Source: Truepera sp. (lineage in GTDB: Bacteria > Deinococcota > Deinococci > Deinococcales > Trueperaceae). Taken from it: 64,000 nucleotides of DNA. Numbering within the stretch: the stretch's first letter is position 1; every line of letters begins with the position of its first letter. This document shows, one piece after another, positions 52,368 to 61,830 of this stretch. Both the position numbers and the translations under genes were made by a program. The stretch is taken from NCBI GenBank assembly GCA_965218435.1, contig CBDCKW010000009.1:3104001-3168000 (forward strand), in the 5' to 3' direction. Under the pieces are notes generated by a model that was not told the DNA's origin, did not search any database, and saw only the letters and a list, made by a program, of their open reading frames with translations.

Positions 52368-53279
52368 CTAGAGTGAGGCAAAGGTGTCACACTGACTCGG
52401 GTTCCCACTCTTAAACCCACGCGAAAACCAGTTGACCCGCTGCTCGGACGAGCCGTGCGTAAACGCTTCGGGGTTGACGCGGCCTGTCGCCTGACGTTGC
52501 AACCGGTCGTCACCGATGGCGGCGGCGGCAGTGATGCCCTCTTCAAAATCTGCTTGAGAAATAGCGTAAAGCTGATCATTTTGATTTACCTTAGCCTGCG
52601 TCTGCTCGCCGCCCCAGATTCCGGCGTAGCAGTCCGCTTGCAGTTCTAAAGCGACCGACAAACGGTTCGCCTGTCTCGGATTGGCTTGCTGCTGTTGCCG
52701 CACCTCATCTGAAGTGCCGAGCAAGTTTTGCACGTGATGCCCCAGTTCGTGCGCGATCACATACGCTTGGGCAAAGTCGCCCGACGCGCCGTAACGGTTT
52801 TTGAGGTCGTTAAAAAAGGCAAAGTTGAGATAGATGGTGTCGTCGAGCGGACAGTAAAAAGGGCCGGCTGAGGCGGGTATATTGCCACACGCTGAAGGGA
52901 CGAGGCCGCTCTCGAGCGACAGCCGCGCCTCTTGATACGCAATGTTGTTCTCCCGGAAGATAGCCGCCCACGTCGCCTGAGAATCGTCTAAGACTGCCGA
53001 GACAAAACTGACCATCTGCCGGTCAGCTGGACTTCCTGCACTTTGAGGTTGGTTTTGTGACTGGTTTTGTGTCTGTGTCGTCCCGCCTTGAAGCGGTGAC
53101 TGGATGCCCAAAAGACCAAAAAGGTCAACGCCGGAAACGAGGCTCAGCACTAGCACGATCAAAAACCCGCCGACGCCTAAAGACGCCATGCCGCCGACCC
53201 CGCGGCCCCCGGTTCCACCACTTCTGCGCCCCCGGTTGTCAGAAACGTTACGGCTTTGCCCTCTATCTTCCCATTTCAT
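52368..53279 (-). CDS. YpfJ-like neutral zinc metallopeptidase
   Basis: GPFYCP, AHELGHHVQ, ELQADC and THGSSEQR motifs. Confidence 0.93.
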   Translation of the reverse strand: MKWEDRGQSRNVSDNRGRRSGGTGGRGVGGMASLGVGGFLIVLVLSLVSGVDLFGLLGIQSPLQGGTTQTQNQSQNQPQSAGSPADRQMVSFVSAVLDDSQATWAAIFRENNIAYQEARLSLESGLVPSACGNIPASAGPFYCPLDDTIYLNFAFFNDLKNRYGASGDFAQAYVIAHELGHHVQNLLGTSDEVRQQQQANPRQANRLSVALELQADCYAGIWGGEQTQAKVNQNDQLYAISQADFEEGITAAAAIGDDRLQRQATGRVNPEAFTHGSSEQRVNWFSRGFKSGNPSQCDTFASL

Positions 53280-53375
53280 TATGTCATCCCCTACGTGTAC
53301 CCCTGGATTTTATGCTCGGAAGCTACCGCTTAAAAGATTGTACGTCAAAGCTTACGGCTTAACCTACCAAAAGCT

Positions 53376-53882
53376 TTACTTCAGCTCGGCCCGTAAGACC
53401 TTTGCGGTGACCAAAAGCTGCCCGACGTGCCGGGTCGTGTGCTCAGCGGCGTGAACAAGTAGCCCGATTACGGTTGAGGGGAGCCCGGCGCGGCCTACGG
53501 CCCTCGGTTCTGTCAGAGTCGTGACGTCTAACCCACGCAACTCGCGTAACGCTTCATCCACTTGGTTTTCGAATGTGGCCACAAGTTCAGAGGCGTGTGC
53601 AGGTCCCTGACCTTCATGGGCAAGCGCCGCTAGTTGGGCTGCGCTTAAGGGCTTACTACGCGCGTAGGTCAGCGTTCGGTCAAGCACCCCGCTCAGGTGC
53701 TGCAGATGAAACCCAACCGATGCAACGCCTGCTGGACGCTCCCATAACAGCGCCTCAGGAAAGCCGTCCAAGAGCGTGACGACCTCTTCTTTAGCCTGTA
53801 GCAGCGCGTGGGCGACAGGTTGCACCAGCACCGGTATATCCGGCAGGGGGCCACGCAGCCAGACCTCGAGGGGTTCAGCCAT
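53376..53882 (-). CDS. DinB family protein
   Basis: SVGFHLQH and HAAEHTTRHVGQ motifs. Confidence 0.88.
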   Translation of the reverse strand: MAEPLEVWLRGPLPDIPVLVQPVAHALLQAKEEVVTLLDGFPEALLWERPAGVASVGFHLQHLSGVLDRTLTYARSKPLSAAQLAALAHEGQGPAHASELVATFENQVDEALRELRGLDVTTLTEPRAVGRAGLPSTVIGLLVHAAEHTTRHVGQLLVTAKVLRAELK

Positions 53883-53975
53883 AACCGTTTCCCAGCCGGA
53901 CCGGAGTTACAAACAGCTGAGCCATAAGCGAAAGTCTAGCAGACCACGCGGTACAAACGTTTGTCTGACCAACCC

Positions 53976-54005
53976 TTGACATAACCCAAAAGGGCACGTT
54001 AAGCT
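53976..54005 (+). promoter_or_regulatory. Promoter of the initiator tRNA
   Basis: TTGACA-18 nt-TAAGCT, 14 nt before the tRNA. Confidence 0.7.
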
Positions 54006-54019
54006 TAACTTTGCTGCGC

Positions 54020-54096
<77 letters not shown>

Positions 54097-54193
54097 AATA
54101 CAAATTCCGTCTTAGACGGTACAAATGAGACCGCGTAAAGCCTAAAAGCTGAGCGCGGTTTTTCGTTTAGTGTGCCAAGAGGTTTGTAAGCCC

Positions 54194-54376
54194 TTAAGTT
54201 GCTGGTTTGAAAGCTCCGTTTTTGAAAGCCCGGGAGCTGTAGAGCAGCGCGTCTAACTTGGCCGCTGCCTCCTGCTGCATGTTGGGTAAGACGTGGCGGT
54301 AGGTGTCTAGGGTGATCGCAACCGTGGCGTGCCCCAGACGCTCGCTTACAACTTTAGGATGCACGCCTTCTCTAAT
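54194..54376 (-). pseudogene. Tyrosine integrase C-terminal remnant
   Basis: Minus strand encodes EGVHPKVVSERLGHATVAITLDTYRHV (LGH box and catalytic Tyr); no upstream body; adjacent to the tRNA. Confidence 0.88.
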
Positions 54377-54463
54377 TTTTACACCTGCACATGCTAAAAT
54401 CGCAGTGATTGAGGTTGGTTATAAGTCTAAAGTCTAAACCCCAAATTAAGTGATAGCTCCATT

Positions 54464-54868
54464 TCAGCCTTGACCTCCTGTCTCGTTGTCTTTATCCCAA
54501 GCCGCACCAATTTTATCAATTTCGCTCATGTGGGATTCGGCCCAGTTACGCAACTGCGAAAGTAGCTGTTCCAGTGATCGGCCAAGACTTGTGAGCGCGT
54601 AATAAACGCGAGGCGGACTGGCGGGTTCTATACGACGAGTAAGTAGGCCATCACGCTCCAGTGAACGCAGCGTTTGGGCAAGCATCTTTTTCGATATGCC
54701 TGGCACACGTCGGCCCAACTCAGCAAAGCGGACCTCATCGGGGTAGCTTTCTGCAAGTACCTTGACGGCCATAGATATCCATTTTGTGCCAATACGATCG
54801 AGTAGTTTTCTGGTTGGACAGGCTGGGTCAAAAAGGTCACCTCGCCTTTTAGTGGATAATGGGGTCAC
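54464..54868 (-). CDS. HxlR family winged-helix regulator
   Basis: CPTRKLLDRIGTKW, ISKKMLAQTLRSLERDG and PPRVYYALT motifs. Confidence 0.92.
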   Translation of the reverse strand: MTPLSTKRRGDLFDPACPTRKLLDRIGTKWISMAVKVLAESYPDEVRFAELGRRVPGISKKMLAQTLRSLERDGLLTRRIEPASPPRVYYALTSLGRSLEQLLSQLRNWAESHMSEIDKIGAAWDKDNETGGQG

Positions 54869-54936
54869 CCGAAGGTAACCTGGTTTCGCCGAAGTGCCGT
54901 CTTGACGGTTATTCCTTGCGCTTTTAGGCTTAACTC

Positions 54937-55821
54937 ATGACTAACCATAACCATGATTCTACCGAGAGTAACGGAACCACATACCCTCCTGGGGTTAATG
55001 TCGAGCGCGTCAGCGCTAACGGTATCGACGTCAATGTTGCAGTAGCTGGTCAAGGGACGCCTGTTTTGTTACTTCACGGCTGGCCCCACACCTGGCGTCT
55101 ATGGAGCGACGTTATCCCAAGACTGGCAACGGCTCACCGGGTGATTGCCCCCGACCTGCGGGGCTTAGGAGCTAGTACCCGTACAGTGGACAGTTATGAC
55201 CTTCATACGCTTGCGGATGACGCCTCAGCACTTCTCAACGCGCTTGGTGAACCTCGAGCAGCAATAGTAGGAATCGATGCTGGTGCCCCACCAGCTTTCA
55301 TGCTAGCTATGCGCAAACCCGGACAGGTGCGAAAACTCGTTCTGATGGAGTCGTTGCTTGGCACGCTGCCCGGAGCAGAGAGCTTTTTAGCCGGTGGGCC
55401 TCCCTGGTGGTTTGGCTTTCACGCTGTTCCCAACCTAGCTGAGACGGTGCTCGTAGGACACGAACGTGAGTACATCAAATGGTTTCTAACGAGTGGGACA
55501 GCAGCCGGAAATAACGTGAGGGACGACATCACTGAGGCGTTCATTGCTGCCTACCAAGGCCGAGAGGCGTTGCGTTGTAGCTTCGAATACTACCGCGCAG
55601 CCCCTAACAATGCCCGCCAGATCAATGCAGTCGTGGAATCCAGCCGTCTGAAGGTCCCAACGATGGCTATTAGCGGGGGGTTTGTCGGCAAGGCGCTACA
55701 GCAGCAACTCGAGCCCATCGCCGACGATTTAGTCGGTCAAATGGTTCCGAACTGTCGCCATCTCATTCCACTTGAGCAGCCTGAAGCGCTCGTTCATCTC
55801 CTCACGGGGTTTTTGGCCTGA
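54937..55821 (+). CDS. Alpha/beta hydrolase (epoxide hydrolase-like)
   Basis: LLHGWP, APDLRG, nucleophile elbow GIDAG and a C-terminal His (RHLIP). Confidence 0.9.
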   Translation: MTNHNHDSTESNGTTYPPGVNVERVSANGIDVNVAVAGQGTPVLLLHGWPHTWRLWSDVIPRLATAHRVIAPDLRGLGASTRTVDSYDLHTLADDASALLNALGEPRAAIVGIDAGAPPAFMLAMRKPGQVRKLVLMESLLGTLPGAESFLAGGPPWWFGFHAVPNLAETVLVGHEREYIKWFLTSGTAAGNNVRDDITEAFIAAYQGREALRCSFEYYRAAPNNARQINAVVESSRLKVPTMAISGGFVGKALQQQLEPIADDLVGQMVPNCRHLIPLEQPEALVHLLTGFLA

Positions 55822-55959
55822 GTAAATATTTGGTTGTAAAAAGGACAGCAAGCTATATAGTTTTGACGTGTAGTTCAGCCTAGTATCGATCAGATGGGCC
55901 GTACCCAAAAAATCCTACGTTGGTGTTAGATTGATCGTAGCTGGTTGGGTGAGCACCGA

Positions 55960-56062
55960 ACCAGGGGATGGCATAACCGAGTGTGGTGTACCGCCGCATC
56001 AGGTTGTACTAAACCTTGAAGCCATCAGCTAAAGCCTGCACGTCGAAGGGTGCGTTGTACTC
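55960..56062 (-). mobile_element. Heavily decayed IS3-like transposase fragment
   Basis: Minus strand reads EYNAPFDVQALADGFKV*YNLMRRYTTLGYAIP, resembling the YN..R.HS.LGY..P end of the integrase core. Confidence 0.45.
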
Positions 56063-56144
56063 ATGCCTAAAGAGTCGTTGGTACTTCTACGTTCGGTTGA
56101 GGCGTTCTAGTAGCGATAAGGTTGCGACCATAGGATGATAAGGA

Positions 56145-56405
56145 ATACGAGCTTACTCAGAAGACTTGAGAGCAAGGATTATAGCTGCTGCCGAGGAAGA
56201 AGAGCTTAGTAAAGAAGAAGTTGCCCGACGCTTAAAGGTAGATAGGGCGATGGTCTACCGCTACCTAGAACGCGCCAAGCAGGGGGACCTCAAAGCCAGA
56301 ACGTCGCCGGGACGTACACGCAAGCTAAGTCCCGAGCAGCTACGAGCACTACGAACGCAACTCGAGCCCCATTATTTACCTTCTCGCATAGCTTCTAGTA
56401 GCTAG
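56145..56405 (+). mobile_element. IS630-like transposase N-terminal remnant
   Basis: (ATA)RAYSEDLRARII...VARRLKV...PGRTRKLS HTH; no DDE domain follows. Confidence 0.8.
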
Positions 56406-56433
56406 CTACACAAGTTTTGCGACTATTCAGCGG

Positions 56434-57333
56434 CTAGGTCACGACGGGCTGCGGCACCAACTGCGAGATCAAGTGCTGCCCGAGGTCGGCGAAGAACGGC
56501 GGCTCCGCCTTGCGCCAAGCCAGCCCGAAGGTCCATCGTGGCGTCGGCTCAGCTAAAGGCAAAACGACCGTCTCCGGTCCCACCCGCCCCGTGAGCAGAC
56601 CCGACGGCAGCACGGCTACGCCCTCGCCCGCTGCGACGAGTCCACCGAACGCGGCCACGTCCGCTCCTTTGTACACCACTTTTGGGGCCTTGCCGTCCCT
56701 TTGTAAAAACGCCAGCAAAGTGGCGTCGTCTCGTGTACTTAACTTGGGCAGCAGCAAGCGGTTGGCCAGCAGTTCCGAAGGCGACACCTGCTCAGCCGCC
56801 GCCAGCGGGTGGGTCGCGGGCAACAAAACTTTATATACGCCTGTCAGCAAAGCGTAAAAGCCCAGGTCTGTAGACAAGGGCGGCCCCAGCATATAGCCGA
56901 TGTCAAGGCGCTCTTCTACGAGCGCTCGTTCCAGCTCCCCACTGGCAAGTGTCTGGATGTTCACCTGCGTCTCGGGAAAACGCGCCCTGAAGGCACCCAG
57001 CAGCGAGGGCATGGGCGGCACGCTGCCAAACTCCACGAAGTCGAAGCCAACGCGTAACGAATCGTCGGTGATACCGCCCGCCCTTCGTACCCGGCGCACG
57101 CTCGCCTCTGCGTAGCTAAGCAGGTGGGTTGCGTCCGCTACCAGCGCCTCCCCCGCAGGGGTGAGCGTCGCGCCACGCGGCGTCCGCTCGAATAGCGCCA
57201 CCCCGAGTTCTTCTTCCAGCTGGTGAATGCGGTGACTCAGCGCAGGTTGCGATAGGTAAACACGCTCAGCAGCGTGGGTAAAGTTACGCGCTTCGGCGAC
57301 CGCTAGAAAGAGCCGCAGCTGTCTCAGTTCCAT
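56434..57333 (-). CDS. LysR family transcriptional regulator
   Basis: MELRQLRLF, SQPALS..I..LE..LG..LFER; T-N11-A box ATTCgttttatCTAT near 57364. Confidence 0.95.
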   Translation of the reverse strand: MELRQLRLFLAVAEARNFTHAAERVYLSQPALSHRIHQLEEELGVALFERTPRGATLTPAGEALVADATHLLSYAEASVRRVRRAGGITDDSLRVGFDFVEFGSVPPMPSLLGAFRARFPETQVNIQTLASGELERALVEERLDIGYMLGPPLSTDLGFYALLTGVYKVLLPATHPLAAAEQVSPSELLANRLLLPKLSTRDDATLLAFLQRDGKAPKVVYKGADVAAFGGLVAAGEGVAVLPSGLLTGRVGPETVVLPLAEPTPRWTFGLAWRKAEPPFFADLGQHLISQLVPQPVVT

Positions 57334-57474
57334 ACCCCAAGCTACCGCGTTTCACCTAGAACCATTCGTTTTATCTATAGCTCGACGCCAAAGTTCTATT
57401 GGATTTTCGGAACGCTTAGCACGACAATAAAGAGGGTCAAGGACTAAAACCTCGGCTCTAAAAAGGAGTCCAGT

Positions 57475-57903
57475 ATGTCTTACAAACACCTCGCCTACGG
57501 CTTCGCGCAGTCCCTAACCGAACACGACCTCGAGCTTTACGCTTCGCTTTTACACCCGGATTACATCAACCACAACGCGTTTGCCGCGCCGGGTAAGGCG
57601 GGCTCTGTCGATGTCTTCGAGGGCTTTCTCACCGCCTTCCCCGACTACCGGGTCACACTCGAGGATGTTGTTGAAGAGGGTGACACTCTAGTGGGACGCT
57701 TCAAGTACCGGGGCACGTCTACCGAGCCTCTCATGGGCTACCCTCCAACCGGCGAGGTGGTCGAGATGCGCTCCATCGACATCTGGCATATCAAGGACGG
57801 CTTGTTGTTCGAGCACTGGGATGAACTCAACACGCTTGACTTCTTCATTCAGCTTGGCGCGGCGGTGATGTCGTCCCCCAATCAAACAGAGCAGGCGCAG
57901 TAA
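57475..57903 (+). CDS. SnoaL-like ester cyclase (NTF2 fold)
   Basis: AFPD, GYPPTG and DGLLFEHW motifs; SD AAGGAG. Confidence 0.88.
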   Translation: MSYKHLAYGFAQSLTEHDLELYASLLHPDYINHNAFAAPGKAGSVDVFEGFLTAFPDYRVTLEDVVEEGDTLVGRFKYRGTSTEPLMGYPPTGEVVEMRSIDIWHIKDGLLFEHWDELNTLDFFIQLGAAVMSSPNQTEQAQ

Positions 57904-58373
57904 TGTTCGGCGTTAGCGAAGCCTTGGTGCTGATCGGTCTGCTCAGCGCGGGGGTCGTGTACGGAACCGATGCGTTCTTCGCCGTGGTAGGCCGTCCGGC
58001 CTTAGCGCAGGTAAAAGACTCGAGCTTAGTAGACGTGATGGGCCACCTTCACAGCTATGCCGACGCGCGAATGCCGATCTTCGGTGTGCTTGGCTTGGGT
58101 TCGGCGGCTGCGCTGGTGTTCATAACAGGATTTGGATCAGCTGCAAGTCGCTGGGCTATCTTAGCGGTTGTCGGACTTGGGGTGCAACTCGGAGCTTATC
58201 TGACCGTCTCGAAGCCGATCAACACGGCGCTCACGGCTGCCGCCAAGCAAAAGGTTACGCCGGTGGACGCACACGCTTTGCAGCGACGATGGGACAGCGT
58301 GATCGTCCTGCGCGCCCTCGGCTGTGCCCTCGGGGTTTCAGGGCTTGCCTTAGCCGCGCTGTCACTGCCTTAA
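57903..58373 (+). CDS. DUF1772 (anthrone oxygenase-like) membrane protein
   Basis: Four TM segments, PIN..L and RRW....LR motifs; TAATG coupling to the previous gene. Confidence 0.78.
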   Translation: MFGVSEALVLIGLLSAGVVYGTDAFFAVVGRPALAQVKDSSLVDVMGHLHSYADARMPIFGVLGLGSAAALVFITGFGSAASRWAILAVVGLGVQLGAYLTVSKPINTALTAAAKQKVTPVDAHALQRRWDSVIVLRALGCALGVSGLALAALSLP

Positions 58374-58420
58374 AAGGATTCATGGCTTACCGGGCCAGGG
58401 AGAGTTGTAACTTATCCTGT

Positions 58421-61100
58421 GAGGCCAGCCTAGTGCTCTGCCAGTACTGGGCCGAGCGGCGGCGGCGGCTCTTGGTTGTGTGCCCTGCTTCGATCCGCAA
58501 GCAGTGGAGCCTGGAGCTCGAGGAAAAGTTCAACCTCCCGACGCTCGTGCTAGATGCAGCTGCTTATAAACAGGCGCTACGTGAGGGGAACGCCAACCCG
58601 TTTTTGCAGCATAAGGTCATCATCACCTCATTTAATTTCGCCAGCCGTTTGTAAGCGGAGGTGCGGTCCGCGCCCTGGAACCTCGTGGTGATCGACGAAG
58701 CACACAAGCTGCGTAACGCCTACCGGCCTAGCAACAAGATGGGCCAACGGCTCCACTGGGCTTTGGAGGATAGGCAAAAGCTACTGCTTACAGCGACCCC
58801 GCTGCAAAACTCGCTTCTGGAGCTGTATGGGCTTTCGACGCTGATCGGCGAGCACCTCTTTGGCGACGTAGCCTCGTTTCGGGAGCGTTACATGTGTACC
58901 GGAAGCGATTTGGGTGACTTAAGGGGGCGGCTTAAAGGGTTTTCCAAGCGCACCTTGCGCTAAGACGTGAGCGAGTACATCCGCTACACCGAACGGCGGG
59001 CGTTGACGCGCCCCTTTACCCCAAGCGATGAAGAGCACAGGCTCTACGAAGCGCTCTCAAGCTTTTTGCAGCGTGAGGACACCTTCGCTCTACCTGCACG
59101 GCAGTGGCAGCTCACCACCTTGATTTTGCGTAAGCTGCTGGCGTCTTCGTCACACGCCGTCGCAGGGACGCTCGAGACCATTCTTCAGCGCCTACTCGCG
59201 CTGCGCGAGGCGACCCTTGCCGAGACCGCCACACCCGGCGTGGCGGCGAATAGTCTGGCAGAAGAGCTCATCGCTGAGGAAGAACTCGAGGACGACTACT
59301 TGGACGAAGATGAAACCGACCCAGCAGAAAGCACACCAGAGAATGAAGTCAGGCCGGAGCTTAAAGAGCTCGAGCTGGAAATTGCCGAGGTCAGGCACTA
59401 TTTGACCTGGGCACATAGCATCGGCGTTGACAGCAAGTCCAAGGCACTTCTCAGCGCCCTGACGGTAGGCTTTGACGAACTCGGCAAGGTGGGGGCCAAC
59501 CCGAAAGCCCTTATCTTTACCGAGTCACGGCGCACGCAGACCTACCTCAAAGACTTTTTGGAGGCGAACGGTCACGCGGGCAAAGTCACGCTCTTTAACG
59601 GCAGCAACAGCGGGCCGGAAACAAAGGCGATTTACGACCGCTGGCTCGCTAAAAATTCGGGCACCGGACGCGCCGCCGGTTCACGAGACATAGACAGCCG
59701 CACGGCAATCATCGAGCACTTCCGCGACCACGCCGACATTCTGATTGCAACCGAGGCCGCCGAGGGCGTCAATATGCAGTTCTGCTCGCTGGTGGTTAAC
59801 TACGACCTGCCCTGGAACCCACAGCGTGTCGAGCAGCGCATCGGACGCTGTCACCGTTACGGTCAGCAGCATGACGTGGTGGTGATCAACTTTCTCAATC
59901 AGCGCAACGAGGCAGATCGGCGCGTCTTAGAGCTGTTGACCGAAAAGTTCAATCTCTTTAACGGCGTCTTCGGCGCGTCTGACGAGGTTTTAGGCACTGT
60001 AGAGTCCGGCGTGGACTTTGAGAAACGCATCTTGGAGATTTACCAGGGGTGCCGTACTACGGGTGAAATCGAGGCGGCCTTTAACGCCTTGCAAAAGGAG
60101 ATGGAAACGAGCATCGAGGCTCGGATGCTCTCAACCCGTCAAGCACTTTTGGAGCACTTCGATGAAGACGTTCACGCTCGCCTCAAGGTTCAGCTTGACG
60201 CCGCCAAAGCCCAGCTCGACCGCGTTGGGCAGCTTTTTTGGCGAACGAGCCAGCCGGGTGATGTTGGACGGGCGCGCCCGCTTCGACGACGTCACGCTGA
60301 GCTTCGAGCTGACGGCTCCCCCTGTCCCAGGATTGAAACGTGGCCGCTACGCGCTGATTCGTAAAGGTTTAGAGAACACGTCCAGCGACTTTGTGTACCG
60401 CCTTTCGCATCCGCTTGGCGAGTACGTTCTGGACGCCGCGAAAGCGGTGCCCACGCCTGTTACTCACCTGCATTTCGACATCACCCGCCACCCCACACGC
60501 CTCGCCGCTGTCGAGGCCCTGCGCAGCAGCTCGGGCTGGCTGACGCTGACCCATCTTGCAATTGAGGCGTTGGAGCGCGAAGAGCACCTGCTCTTTAGCG
60601 GCTTTCAGGACGATGGAACGCACTTAGACGGCGAACTGTGCGAACGGCTCTTTCGCTGCGCTGCTACAGTAACGCCCACGTCGCTCACCCAAGAGAGTGT
60701 GCGGGTAAAGCTGACCGGCGACCGTGAGCGGCACGTTCAGGCGGCGCTGAGTCACGCCCTCGAGCAGAGCAACCGCTTTTTTCACGAAGAGCGCGAACGT
60801 TTGGAACGCTGGGCCGACGACATGGTGCTCGGCGCAGAAAAAGAACTCTCCGATACCAAAGCGCAGCTGAGGGCGCTCGGGCGGCAAGCCCGCCTAGCCA
60901 CCACCACCGACGAGCAGCACGCTTTGCAGCTTAGGGTGCGAGAACTCGAAAAACTTCAGCGCCGTCAACGCCAACGTATTTTTGATGTTGAAGACGAGAT
61001 CAAAGACAAACGCGACGCCCTGATTGACGACCTCGAGGCCCGCTTGGTACAGCGCACCGACGTGACGCCGCTTTTTACAATTCGTTGGAGCAGCGTGTAA
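58421..61100 (+). pseudogene. SNF2-family helicase pseudogene
   Basis: PASIRKQW, DEAH, TATPLQN, NYDLPWNP and EQRIGRCHR motifs. Walker A region missing; TAA stops at 58652 and 58961; 4-bp AGCC duplication frameshift at 60248-60255. Confidence 0.9.
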
Positions 61101-61162
61101 ACCCTGAACTGTCAAATTGAACACTAGCTGGTGAACTTGGTGCGCCTATGCTAAATTGGCGT

Positions 61163-61408
61163 ATGAAACGCGCGACGATCACCTTTTCCAATGAACTCGA
61201 GGCCAAACTAAGCTCCTACATAGCCGAGCAGAAGACGCCACCCAGCCTCAATACAGTCGTGCAAACGGCGCTCGAGGAGTTTCTCGAGGCGCAGAAGTGG
61301 GCGGCAGTTGAGTTGCAGTCTCCGGTCAAACCGCACCTCGAGCTGCCGACCTCGGACGCCGAAGTAGAACCCGACGTCAGCTTGAACCACGACCTGTACG
61401 CCGAGTAG
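61163..61408 (+). CDS. Putative antitoxin (ribbon-helix-helix/CopG-like)
   Basis: MKRATITF beta-strand plus two helices, acidic tail ending in HDLY; directly upstream of a PIN gene; TAAATT-5nt-ATG. Confidence 0.75.
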   Translation: MKRATITFSNELEAKLSSYIAEQKTPPSLNTVVQTALEEFLEAQKWAAVELQSPVKPHLELPTSDAEVEPDVSLNHDLYAE

Positions 61409-61422
61409 TGGCCGACTCATAG

Positions 61423-61830
61423 ATGCCACGGTTTATTCTCGCCGATACCGGGCCGCTTTACGCCCAGGCGATGCGGCGCGACGGCGAACATGCGCGGGCT
61501 GTACGCGAGTTAGAGGGTTTAGAGGCACAAGGCTACCGTCTGCTGTTGTCGCAACCGATTATCTTAGAAACACACGAACTCCTGCTCAGGCGTAACACGC
61601 CGCGCTACGCCCACGACTACACCGTGGCCCTGACCGAGCGGTTTCACACACTCAACCCGCAGAGCGAAGATTACGGGGCGGGCCTAGACATCATCGGGCG
61701 TTTTGACGACCAACCCCTGTCGTTATTCGACGCGACCCTCGCCGCGCTCGCTACCCGGCTCGCCGCACCCGTATGGACGTTCGACCACCACTTCGACATC
61801 TTAGGCACCCACGTATGGAGACCTTCATGA
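61423..61830 (+). CDS. vapC: VapC/PIN-domain toxin
   Basis: LADTG, ILET, SLFDA and WTFD..F acidic residues are intact. Confidence 0.88.
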   Translation: MPRFILADTGPLYAQAMRRDGEHARAVRELEGLEAQGYRLLLSQPIILETHELLLRRNTPRYAHDYTVALTERFHTLNPQSEDYGAGLDIIGRFDDQPLSLFDATLAALATRLAAPVWTFDHHFDILGTHVWRPS

